This document shows positions 28,901 through 40,900 of a stretch of 64,000 nucleotides of DNA, one piece after another; within the stretch, counting starts at the first letter, position 1; every line of letters starts with the position of its first letter. This stretch comes from Candidatus Omnitrophota bacterium (lineage in GTDB: Bacteria; Omnitrophota; Omnitrophia; Omnitrophales; Aquincolibacteriaceae). The translations under genes were made by a program, and so were the position numbers. Location of the stretch: assembly GCA_022711115.1 (NCBI GenBank), contig JAKLFP010000006.1:86214-150213 (forward strand). Reading direction: 5' to 3'. Below the pieces are notes generated by a model, which saw only the letters and a list, made by a program, of their open reading frames with translations, ran no database searches and had not been told where the DNA came from.

Positions 28901-31900
28901 CCTCGAAAAATAATTTGCGCTTCGTAATAGGTGTAATCTTCGAGAGTGGCTATCCGGTCTTCCAATCCGAGAAGTTCCGTCATAAAACGTATATAAAGAA
29001 AACGGTCATGCGCGTCGTCTGCAAAAGTACGCCCGCCGATCAACAGGCGAGACATGGTACGCCGCAAAACTTCAACTGCCGGCTGGTTTTTAAGACGTTC
29101 CCGAAGCCCTTCAAAATCATTTTTATAGCGTCCATGATTTTGATCCCTTCCATCTCTATACGCTTTCCAAAAAAGAAAAAGTTGATCGAAAGGCCTTGCA
29201 AAAGGGCCGGAAAATTCCACTTTAAGCCCGGCTTGAGTCACCGCTTCTTCCACTCTTCGTTTGAGCGTTTCTTCGGCTTCTACGGCTGTCATGATAGGTT
29301 TTTTTATCTTTTGGGCGGCTTCGTCTGCGGCTTTGGCAGCGGTGTCTTTCAATCTTTCTTCATATTTATCCGGACCTTTATAAGGTACCTGGCGTCTGAC
29401 ATTCGATGAAATAGGATCGCCAAGAAGCAGATCGCGGGCTTTCCCATAATTTTGTTCAAGTGTCGCCCAGTTTTCTGGTCGGTTTTCTTGAATCGCTGTC
29501 GAAAAAAGTTCCTGCATTTCTCTTAAATGTCCCGCCAGCTGCGTGTCATCTAAATGGCGTTCCGTTTGATAATCTCTAAACGTGCTCCCAAGCCAGTCGC
29601 TCGCGCCTTTGAAACCGCGTTTTTCGCGGAGCCAGATCAGAAGCTGGGCTGCATCGGCCGCGCTGACCCATTCATTTTGAATCTTGAATTGTTCGCGCAG
29701 ATCCGAATGTTTTTCAAGCTCCTGGAAAAATTGCCGGTCGTTGGCTTCTGAAGGAAGTCCGTTTTCCGGTTTTGGGATCTGAAGTTCTTGCTTAAAACGT
29801 TCGATCAAAAGCCTTCTTGCCGGAGACTGCCAACGCGGCAGAAAAACACCGTTCGTACTTCGAATACCTTTAGAAGGATCATAAAAACCTTTGACGCGAT
29901 GCCATGCGGCGCGAAAAATATTTTTTAGAAGCGCCGGTAAGTGTTCCACAAGATTGACGCCGGAAATGAGATGAAAAACCTCTGCCGTAAACCCGGCAAT
30001 ATCGATCATACCGTCATGAACCAGCGTGGAGCGCAACCATTCGGGGAATCCCAAAAGCTCGTAGTGACCTTCCCAGGCTTCAAAAAGACCCGGACGAAAA
30101 ACCGTATGGTTCAGTGTCACTCGCTTCGCACTCTTGAGATGCCGCACCGGGAGGCTCACGAACACTTCATGGTCCAGAAGAATGATGTTCTGGGGATTGT
30201 TTTGATTTTCAAGGATTTGGATCAGACGTTCGCTCGCGGCGCTGAAGAAAGCCATATCAATTTCGCGATTACCCGTATCGTCGTAAACCTCCAAAAAGGC
30301 CGGCGCTTCTTCTTGTCCATTCGGACCTTTGACATAGGCGTCCAGATAATACTGCGGTGATTTGTGAAATTGAAAATAAGTTTTGTAAACCCGGAAAGAG
30401 ACCGTTCTGGGAACTCCTCTCACGGGAAGTGTGACCTCCAAGGCAATATCGGTAGGATCTAAAAACTTTTTGATGATCTGACCGAGAAGTTTCCGCTGAT
30501 GATGATCATAACCTTTGCCGGGCTTATTTTTGATGAAGTTCCAAAGCGGATGAATCCCGGTTACATTCATCCCGAGCGCAGCCCAGGCTTCAAAAAGGTC
30601 CGGCATCAAAGCTCCAAGGCCGCCTGTCAAAGTTGTTTGGGAAGCTTCCCCTGCAGTCCAAGCGCTCATCTCCGCAGCGATTTTTTCCAGAACAGGCATC
30701 GGAAGACCGCATTCGAATTGCCGGCTATAAATATGCTGTTTATGAACTCGGGGCGTATTAACTTCGACCCACTTTGGCACCTTTTGCTCCCGCAATTCTG
30801 AACGTGGAAAAGACGGGGTTATCCCGAGTGTTTTGAAATCAATATTGATCAGGCGGGGATGGCTTAAAAAATCCAACGCGACATCCCAGGATTTCAGCGC
30901 AAGACCCGCTGCGACAAGATTTAAAACGGTCCTGCGGTACAACTCAAAATCCGGACGGTCGACAAGCTCATAAGCTTCCATGCCCTCATAGAAAGATCCA
31001 TGGCCTGCAGCGGCAAGCTTTTGGATCCCTGCCAGGAAATGGGTCTTGGTGTTTTCTTCGAAAATCTTTTTTCTGACCCAAACGATTGTTTTCCCTCTCA
31101 CACCGTAATACCAGCTTGTCTTCATATCCACTTCGACAAATTCATCTGGCTCCGACGGCCGCTCATAGGTCACAAGCCACTGAAGCATACCGGCTAAATA
31201 GTTCGGAGTAATAACGGAATGGTCTATCAAGCTTCGCACCTCGGATCGCCGGTAACGAATGGTTACTTTGGAATTGTTGATCACGGTGTTTTCCCAACCG
31301 CGGGAAGAAGCAGTGACCGATTGGGTTCCCCAGCTTACGGAAACAAACCGGTATCTATTCATATCTGAAATGCCCGCAGCCCTGATTCCGTCAGCACCTT
31401 CAAAATGATTGTCAATGAATTGCCTCACGGTCAGTCCGCGCGGCACATTGATAAAATTGATTGCGATCAGATTTGAAGCGGGCGCAGAAGGTTTCGGCAT
31501 CTCTTGTTGTTTAGGCGCCGGCGGAAGTATTCCCATAATCTTCGCCGCCATTGCTTCCCCGGCAGCTTTCGCTTTTGTTTCATCCGCCACAGTTAAAGGT
31601 ATTTCTTTTTGAACTGGTTCGACGGGTGTTGTTTTTACCGTTGGCACAGACGGTGTATTCCGGGAAGATAGCGCGGCAGCTTCTTCGGTTTTGGACAAAG
31701 CTTGTATGACAAAATGGAGCTCATTCGTCCACGGGTGATCAGGTCGACGGTCTAAAATAGTAAGCGCTTGGATCCGATGGAGAGGATAATGCTCAGGCTG
31801 GTCTCGAAGCATACGGCGCACCGCTTCAGCAATACGTTCCGGAGCTTCGCCCATGCCCACATGATGCACAAGCTTGCGATTGCTATAGCTTGTATCCGTG

Positions 31901-34900
31901 GACGTTTCAAAACTAATCTCATCAATCCTCATCTTCACCTGGAACATAAGCCGATACACAGCATCCCGGACCTCAGAAGGCGTACGTGCAAACACCTCCA
32001 TAGACTTGGATTCTGCTAATGTTTCCGAAACCTTTTTTGGGCTAATTTTCTCTGAAACAGTCATCACGTCGATCTTCTGCCCGATTTGAAACTCGGGTTT
32101 AGGCGCGACAGTCGGTTGAAGTGTGAGCGTGATCTCGCCTTTGTTGTTCTCGGCAGTCAATAAGAACCATCCGTATATTTCTTGGTGGGATGGCACATTC
32201 GCGAAAAAGTCGTTGCCCGTATCGTTCCAAAATGCTGAGGATTGAATCCGGCGACCTGCGCTTTGATAAATAACTTCAATGGCGTGGTCCCGCGCGATAT
32301 TCCACCGATCACCGATTTGGCGCAATGCGTCGGAAATCCGGTCAAATGTCAGCGGTTCAGAGGTCCACGTGTCTTTAGACGGAGCATAAGAAACGCTTAC
32401 AATGCGGTTCGCGTTATAACCGGTTGAACCGGCTTTCTCTTGGATATAAAGCGTCCCGCCTATCAATGCCTCGAATTTTCCTTCGTAAACAGTTCCATCC
32501 TGCATGGAAAGCTTCAACATCGTCCCCAAAGCGACATTTCCCGCTTGAGCATCCGTTTTAAATTGCGCGAACGGGACTTTGGCAAGCAACGTTTCCGCTA
32601 TGTTTTTGGCCATCCCTTCCGGCTTTGGTTGCTCTTCACCGCGCACTTCCGAGCGTTTGGAATCCACATAGGTTAGTGAGGGAGAGAGACGATCATCGGC
32701 AAAATGCAGCCAAAAAATTTCGCCTTTCTGAATAAGAATATCTCGCCATTCCATCGGACGGCTATAAGCATAACGCTGGCCTTTGCTAGAAACCTCTGCA
32801 CCGACCAGGGCCTTATCACTGAGCGAACGAAGACGGATAAGAGATTCCATCAGATCCGCGAGAGACGATTTCTTTAACGCCTTGACTTTTATGAGTGCTT
32901 CCGAGCCATGGATTATCTGGACAGCCTGCTGCGAAGCGCTAAGCCCGGAACCCGGACTCACTAGGCTTCTCAATTCCGAGCGGGACTCGGCGATGAGGAA
33001 GGAATCGCCGGCTCCGGCAATTTCGAAAGTTTTCAAATCCGGATTCAGAAAAGAGCGCCGGAACGCTTCGCCCAAGGACATCCGTCCCGCACTATCCAAT
33101 TCAATAAAAATGGCCCTGCGATGAATTTGATCCATATAGTCTCTTGCCGCAACCGGATCTTGAGGCGTTGTTTGCTCAACCATTTGCTGCCATGCTGTCG
33201 AAGGATAAACCCGCAAGGCTTTGCCTGCCTTTTCCGATACAGCGATAAGTTGAGTCTCCTCTCCTAACATGGTTCGGAAAGGTGCGGGAAGTTGGATCCT
33301 ATTTTTATCATCCACCTTGAAGGTATAAGAGCTGGTGAAGATCACCGGCGCCCGCACTTCAGAGCGGGAAATCACGGGTAAGAGACCTTTATATTTAAGA
33401 TCAGGTCTTTGTATGCCAAGAGAAAAATTTGAACTGCCATCCGCGTACCGGATCACCCATGGTTTTTCGGTTTTGCTTTGGGCTTCCAGCAGTTCAGAAA
33501 GCGATGGTAACTTCACCGGTTGGCCGTTCTTGAACCATTCCAAAACTCGGTTTTGCTGCGACGTATAGCCCAATTTTTTTGCTAGGGTCTCGCGAAGCGC
33601 TTGGGAATCCATGAACTTCATGGGCCAAGGAGCTTTAAGATCAGGCGGGAACCTTGGATTGGTGCGAATCCCGTATACTTGTTTAATTTCACCATCCTGG
33701 GTGATAAAAATTGCCTGGAGAGGGAAACGGCCGTCAAAGCTGCTTCGTAATTGGTCACCGTCAAAAAACCTGGTTTTAAACCGGCCAAAGTGAACGGAAA
33801 TGTTTTTGGCGCCGGTCCGATAAACGAGTTCATGGTCAGGTCCAAGATAAAATCCTTCGAATTCCGGGCTTCTCGGGTCCTGCGTTCCGTTGAACGCGAC
33901 AACTCCCTGCTCAACCGGCTGCTGATACTTCTGCGCCAAATCGAACAGGATTTGTTCTCCTTCAAAATAAGTGACATACGGATCAAGCGCCTGCGCGAGG
34001 TCCCTGTCCCCGAAAAGATTGCCGACGATTTTGACCGTAACGGGTTGCACTGCCTTTGCCCCTTCCGCTTGAGCAAGGCTGATGATCTCGATGCTGTTCG
34101 GATCCTTCGCAGGTTTAAAATCCACGCCCTCGATCAAATAAAGTTTGTCGCGCCAGGCCTGAAGCTGGCTAATCAATTCATTGATAGTGATCTGCGGTCC
34201 GGTTAATGGTTTCAACGTAATCCTCGATTGCCCGATCTGTATCCACCTTGTCGGGCTCGTCACGGACCGGCTGTAAAGAACTTGGGTTTCCGGTAACGCA
34301 ATGGCCGGTTCGGGTTTCTGTTCAACGGGTTCTGTTTTCTTGACTTCTTCTACAGGGGCTTGCGCTGTCTGAACCGGGGTCTTGGGAGAAGCAAATCCCT
34401 GCCGTTGCTGAGCCGCTTTCTCACGGAGTTCTTGCTCTTTCTGAGCTACTTTTGACACCCTGACATCCCACTGCCCGCTACGGCGGGCGTCGTCTTTATT
34501 CATTCGCACTTCAGAGCGGGAGGTAAGCTCGACAATTTGGACGGTAAGTCTTTTCATTTTCTCTTCAGCGGAAGTATTGAGTAATCGATAGGCCGTAAAC
34601 GGTCCCGCAAGCATTTCCGTCACTTCTTGAAAGCCATATTGCCTGACCTTCGGAATAGCGTAATTGAATTCCACAACCGTGACAGTTTGAGAAGCGCTAT
34701 CGACTTTAGCGATCACTCTTTTCCATGAAATGGAGCCGAGATTGGAATTGTCGATGCGCCAATCCTTAGAGATCAACACGCTATTTTCTAAAGTATCGAA
34801 GTCCCCTGCCGAGGTTTGAGAAGTGATCCTGCCGCTTGCCGTATTATTTTCAAGGAGCTTCAGAAGATCGCCATACGGGATGAATCTAACTTCCCCTTCC

Positions 34901-37900
34901 GCTTGCGAAATAACAAGATAAGATTTGTATGCGTCGTGTTCTTGTTCTGCGACAAAAAAGCTAAGATCGCCTGTGGTTTCATCTTTTTGGAAGTCAAGGA
35001 TCCGTTTCCCGGCAAGGAATGTTTCGATTTCTTTTTGAAGTTCCGCGGCAGAACGCCCATTCGCGGCCTCAAATTCAACCTGCCGTTCACCTTGCTTCAC
35101 GATTAATTTTTGTCCGGATTGTTCAATGATAATTGCCGGCGGCGCTGAGTAAGGCCCACCCCACGGAATGCGTCCTTTTCGGGACAGGCTGCGTACTTCC
35201 GAGCGCAACGCAGGTTTTTCCTGCGGTAATTTTCCCAAAACCGCTCTGGCCGCATCATGAACAAGGCTTTTTCCTTTTTCATCAAGACGATTTCCTGAAA
35301 CAAGCTGCTGGACAACATTGGTCACACGGGCATTTACAAAATCGATGAGATCCTGGACCGTCAAACCTGAAAATTCATAATAGGCCGGTTTGCTTTTGGC
35401 CTGCAAGGCGGCTTCATCCGTTTTTGTGATTTCGATGCCGAATCTTTCTTCGAGAGACTGCATCAGACTCATTTCATCCAGGGAATCCATGCCGAGATCT
35501 TCTACTAACCGATCCGTCAGACGAATTTCTTCCTCGATCGCGGGAGGTAAAACCTCTTTTAAAATATCGATGACCTCTTGATCAATATTTTCACTCACCG
35601 TTCCCCGCATTTCCGAGCGACTGGCCTTTCTTCTTTCATTGATGGCGTGCTGAAAGGCATTCGAAAGTATTTTGTAGGGATTTTGCGAATAAAAATAATT
35701 TTGCCACAACCAATGCGCCAGACCTGAAATCCCGATAAAAATCATGCTAAACGCAACCACGCGGGGGATCTGTTCCTCCGCCGGCAAGAAGAATGTTGCC
35801 GTCCCGATAAGAGGAAATATAATCCCCACCAGGACCTTCATAAAAGCACTGCTCCGTCGGAATTGGAGTTCAGCAAGAAAAGAGGTGGGGTTACCGTTTT
35901 CCGCTTTTTTGTAATTGTCGGCATATCGGTTTTTCATTTTTTCCCACAATTGTTCTAAGCGGTCTAAGGTTATCCGGTTTTTACTATTTGATCGGAGATA
36001 TGCTCTGACCGATTCATCAAGAGAGCGCAATTCAGACCTTGCTTCCGTAAAGAGAACAGGATTGATTAAGTCATGGCTTAAATTAAGGGCATCATATTTC
36101 AAAGCTTTTTTTTGCTGTAAAAGTTGAATGCTTTTTGAAGGAATAGTTCGAAACTCAATACGATCAAACTCTGGGACTGTTTCTGTCCTGACGTTTTTGG
36201 TCGGTTTGATGCCCATGGAAGATATCCAGCCTTCAAAGGTTGTTTCCCCTGCTTCTTCCTGAAAGAAGTAAAAACGAAGTTTGAACGGCCCTTGAACAAT
36301 GTCCTCGGGTCCCAATTCGCGGGACCGGATGGTCCCGGCAGCCCCCGCTAACCATGAAAACCACACAAGATGGGAAAATTGTGTCCTTGGCAAATGTTCG
36401 TGGTGGGAATTATAAAGTTTATCGGGAAGTGCGAGATAGTGCTGTACCGCCTTACGGTTCTTAAACAACGTGATCATAAGACCTAAGGATCCTTGCTCAT
36501 CACCTTCAAAGTCATGGGCATCCAACCGAAGCTCCCGCTCCCATCCGATGCCTCCATTTCTCATATTCCAAACAAGCGGTTGGTGGACCAGATCCGACAG
36601 TTTGAATAAAGGTCCCTGAACAGCCCGTACTTCGGAACGAGTTTCCAGCTTCCTTGGCATAAAGAAATTTCCCGCATCGTCCTTCGAATCCCCCATAGAA
36701 AGCTGCTCGATGCCTTTAAAAACTTCGGCAAAAAACTTTTTTGCTTCGGCCTGTCTTATAGATTTTGAAGCGATAGAAAATTCCACTGTGATATCACGGC
36801 CATAGCTATTCAGCATCGCCTGCGTGTGATAGTTCAAGCCTAAAAGGGTCATCTCGTCCCACGACAAAAGATTAAATCTCTGTCCGTCGCTGCGAATAAT
36901 GGCTGCTTGAAAACTCTTGTCTTGAACAAGATATTTTCTTTCGAGAAGATGTTTGGTTCTGGCGGTAGGCGCCGTGTGAAGCCCGAGAGCGTTTCCGATG
37001 CTGTATTTCTTTGCCGCGATCCAGCGATCTCCTATTTTTGTCAGCTTAAAATCAGTTTTTCTTAATTCGGAGCGCTGATCGTTCATGTAATTCGGCTTGC
37101 GGGTCACCGGAAAAGCAGGCTCGGCGGTTTTTCGGGCATATGCAAGCAGGTATTTCTGCATTTTTTCGTATTTTGTACCGACGTTGATCGGGCCTTCGAT
37201 CCCACGGATGGGCTCCGTCAGTGTGAATCCCGCGGCCCGAAGAAGTGTTTCGAAATAACTCGGCGTGACAGTAAAGACCCAGCCATTGAGAAGTCGATCG
37301 CCGCTTAATTTTTGATTTTTAGGCTTGAAGATATTTCCCCCCGGGGCCCATCGGACAAAAAGAGGCGCGTCTTTTTCGAGAAGGTCCCTGAGCGAAAGTA
37401 ATGCGTTTAGCTGTTCTTCGGGCGAAAAATAAAGGAGCACATCGCTGATAAAAATCCCTCCGAAAGTTTTCCCGTTGAAATCAGCCGTTCGGAAATCGGC
37501 GGTCATGAACCTGTCTTTAGACATGTCCCCGAAAGAGGGATCTTCGAGAGCGGCTTTGATAAGCGACGGCGAGATGTCCGTTCCCCAAAGGTCGGTAAAT
37601 CCCTGTTCCTTAAATTTCTTGAGCGCCCTTCCGATGCCCATACCCACATCAAGAATGCTTTTATCCTTGCCGGCCATCAACGCCAGGAACTGATCGATCG
37701 TTTCTTGATGCGGAGAAACGTTCCAATCGCGGAGCTTATGGCGTTCAAAATCAAGGGAGAATTCATCATCCGTCCAGTACCGGACATTGCTGATCGCCGG
37801 GTCGGGGGGTGATTTTCTGAAGGTTTCTACCGCCGCCTGGAATTCCGGAGAAGTTTCCATCAGCGTTGCCAAAACCCGGGCAAATTCCGGATGATGTCTT

Positions 37901-40900
37901 ATCTCGGAACGTTTTGGGGAAGCTGGGACTGCGGAAGATACAGGCAGCAACGGTATGAGCGGCTCATAATAATGTGGCGCCGGATTGTAGTAAGAAGAAA
38001 CGTCTTCTGTTTCTTGTGCGCGTAATTCATTGCGCGGTGGAGCAATGTAGATACCGTCAAAAACAAGTTTGCCAACCAGATTGGTCCCGGCGTATTCTCT
38101 TTTTACAATAAAATCTATCTGGGCAATGCCACCATCTAAATACAGTATTGGCACCTCTACTATTTGATTTGCATATACCCTGGGAATGTCTCTCCCATCA
38201 CTTCCATGCAGTTGTATTCTAAACTGGCTGGGCACATTAATTGTTTCAGCGCCAACATGAAGTCTCAGTATAGTATTAGTCGGCCAACTTGCCAGTGATA
38301 CGTAATTAATTTTCGCCCATGCCCCTTCCCAGTTGCCTTGCCTAAAATCAAAATTAATTGTCCATTTACCCCCTGAGATACTTTCAGTCACTCCGCTCCA
38401 AAGAATGCCATGACTGGTAACTAACGGGATCAGGGATATGTTTCCTGAGGCACTAAAAAATTCCTTCTCGAGCTCTGTGGAATTCAAAGGGCGGGTAAAG
38501 GATGCGTCTCCGTTTTTGCCGGGAACATTCGTAAGGACTGCGGAGGATCCCGTAAAATTAGCCGGATAAGTTCGTATGTCATAAGCGTTGTAATTGGTGG
38601 GGCCGGTAATATTCATCGTGACTTGATTTGTCGCAGGTCCTTTTCTGATCGACATCAGTATATTCGTCATCTGTGCCAGCGCGCTTTGCGCCTGAAGTCC
38701 GAGCACGAGCAGGCCGGTTATGACAAGTTTTGAGATCGCGCTCATCCGTACTTCAGAGCGGCCGGCGTTATTGTTGTCGTTCAGTATCTCCAGTAGTTTT
38801 AGAATGTTTGGCTGAAGAATATCTTCTGTTGAAACATACTTCCGAAGAATGGTTTCGACTTGAGCAACCCGTAAGGTCCTTTGAGCCGCTAAATCCCGTA
38901 TATCTCCGTAAAGAACACTTGCAACGCCCCCCAACCCAAAAGCAATAAGGAATGCTACTGCGCCAAATCCGAAAAGACCGATGCTCCCTATTCCTAAAGC
39001 CAACGCGAAAAGCTTATGACGTTTTAATTGGGATTCTGTTTTAAAGGAAAGCTCATTCATCCAAAACGTATATAAAACGGCTATCTGGGCAAAATCAACC
39101 TGCGCCTCCTCACCCTCCATTTGAGCCCATTTGTATATACTTTCCGCGATCTTATTCCATTCTTCTTCTTGATAAATCGTAAGCCGTTGTTTTACCCATT
39201 GAAGATCGACTTTCTCAATTGGTTTACGGGAAGCCGCCATAGATAGAATGTCATCAATAGCGCGCAAGGAATAAGGATGCGAAATTCTTCCTTTTTTGAT
39301 TGATTCGTTTAAAAAATTGATCCCCTTAAAAACTTCGGTTCTTCTTTCATCTATGAGAGGGGAAACTTCACCTGCAGGGAATGCCTCTCCACGCACCTCG
39401 GAACGTTTTTGAGAAACAGGAACTGTGGCAGGCATGAGTGATAGCCGATGACCGCTCCGGTTATAAATCACTCCATTGAGTGTTAGTGTTTGATCGTCAT
39501 TAAAATGGACGCTCTCAAGAGGAGCCTCTAAGGTTGCCCATTGGATTCCTAAATTGGGATAAGGATTGAACATGTCTATCAGATGGATCCCCGCCAAGTA
39601 ATTAGTCATACCTCCGGCGCGGACCCATTCTCCCCAAACTACCACCTTGCCATCCGGCGAAACATCCCAAACATTAGGAACCAATCCGCGATCTTCCGCT
39701 GAATCATGTAACTTAAACGTTCTCCAGGTATGCGAGCGCGGGTTTCGAAGATCAACCATTTGAAGCGTTTGAATGCCAGAGGGTAAACCTGGACCTACTT
39801 GCACCCATGTTCTAAGCTCAAAATCAGGATTGGAAGTAGCCCGGATAAAAGGTGTTGGCGAATATTGAATCAGTGGAAAAACCTGATCTGTTTTGACACG
39901 ATAAAAAGCCTCAGCCCAGTAAGGCGTCATATTCACTACGGTTTGGGTTGCTCCCACAATGCCGGCCTGTGCCGTGAACCAAGTCCCGGAAGCAAGATTG
40001 GTCGAGATCTGAACCCAGTAAGTACGGTTGGTGGAACTTTTAAAACCCATGCCCATGACTGAACCATTTTTTACAAAAGAAATTATTTCGACCAGATTCG
40101 TCATCTGTGCCAGCGCGCTTTGAGCCTGAAGTCCGAGCACAAGAAATCCAAGCAAGGCAATCTTGGAAATCGTCTTGGCGCGCATTTCGGAACGTGTCTT
40201 TGAATGATAAGTTCCGGGCAAATGATAAGTACCGGGTAATAGCTTTATATAAGTTTGCTGCCCCGGAGAAATAAAAGCCAGTTTCTCATCAAGTTTCGCC
40301 GTCACATCCACTATGTTTTCTTGCAAATTCCATGATGAGATAGCCTTAACAGTAAACAAAGGCCCTTCAGATTTCCAGGAGGGCGCACTCATCATCACAA
40401 ATCCCATCGCACTAAACGCTTCTATCGCATCCTTTTCGAATTCAGCCCTGGAATACGAACGGGCCGTCCGCGCCTCGGAACGCCGGATTCCGTTGCGGTC
40501 ATACGTCCTGTTGCCATTCAGAGTGATGGTTCCGTTTTCATTGAAGCGGATTGATTGCAACGGATCCGGAAGATCAAGAAAGATTCTTTGCTTGGTAGCT
40601 GGTTTATAAAAAACAGCACGATTGCCTAAGATTCCATAGACAACAATGACTCCATCCTGGGAAACATCCCATGGGAAAGCTGAAATACGCGCATAGTAAG
40701 CGTCATCAGAAATGATTGTCCATGTTCGATTACGCAAATTCATCATGTCAAAAAAGATATCCCATGATGTTCCCCCTGTCGTCCGCGGATCAATTCGAAA
40801 AGCGAAATCAGGGTTGGATGGGGCTCGGGTCCAACTAACAATAGATCCGGGTGATGAAGGCACAGCATACAAAGAACCGGCTTGTATTTTAAGAAACCCT

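Noticed and set aside
35206-35604. The ACP module could indicate that the giant ORF is a PKS/NRPS/FAS megasynthase.
   Set aside because: I recognised no ketosynthase, acyltransferase, condensation, adenylation or thioesterase signatures in the ORF. The neighbours of the ACP module are a TM module and an unassigned module.
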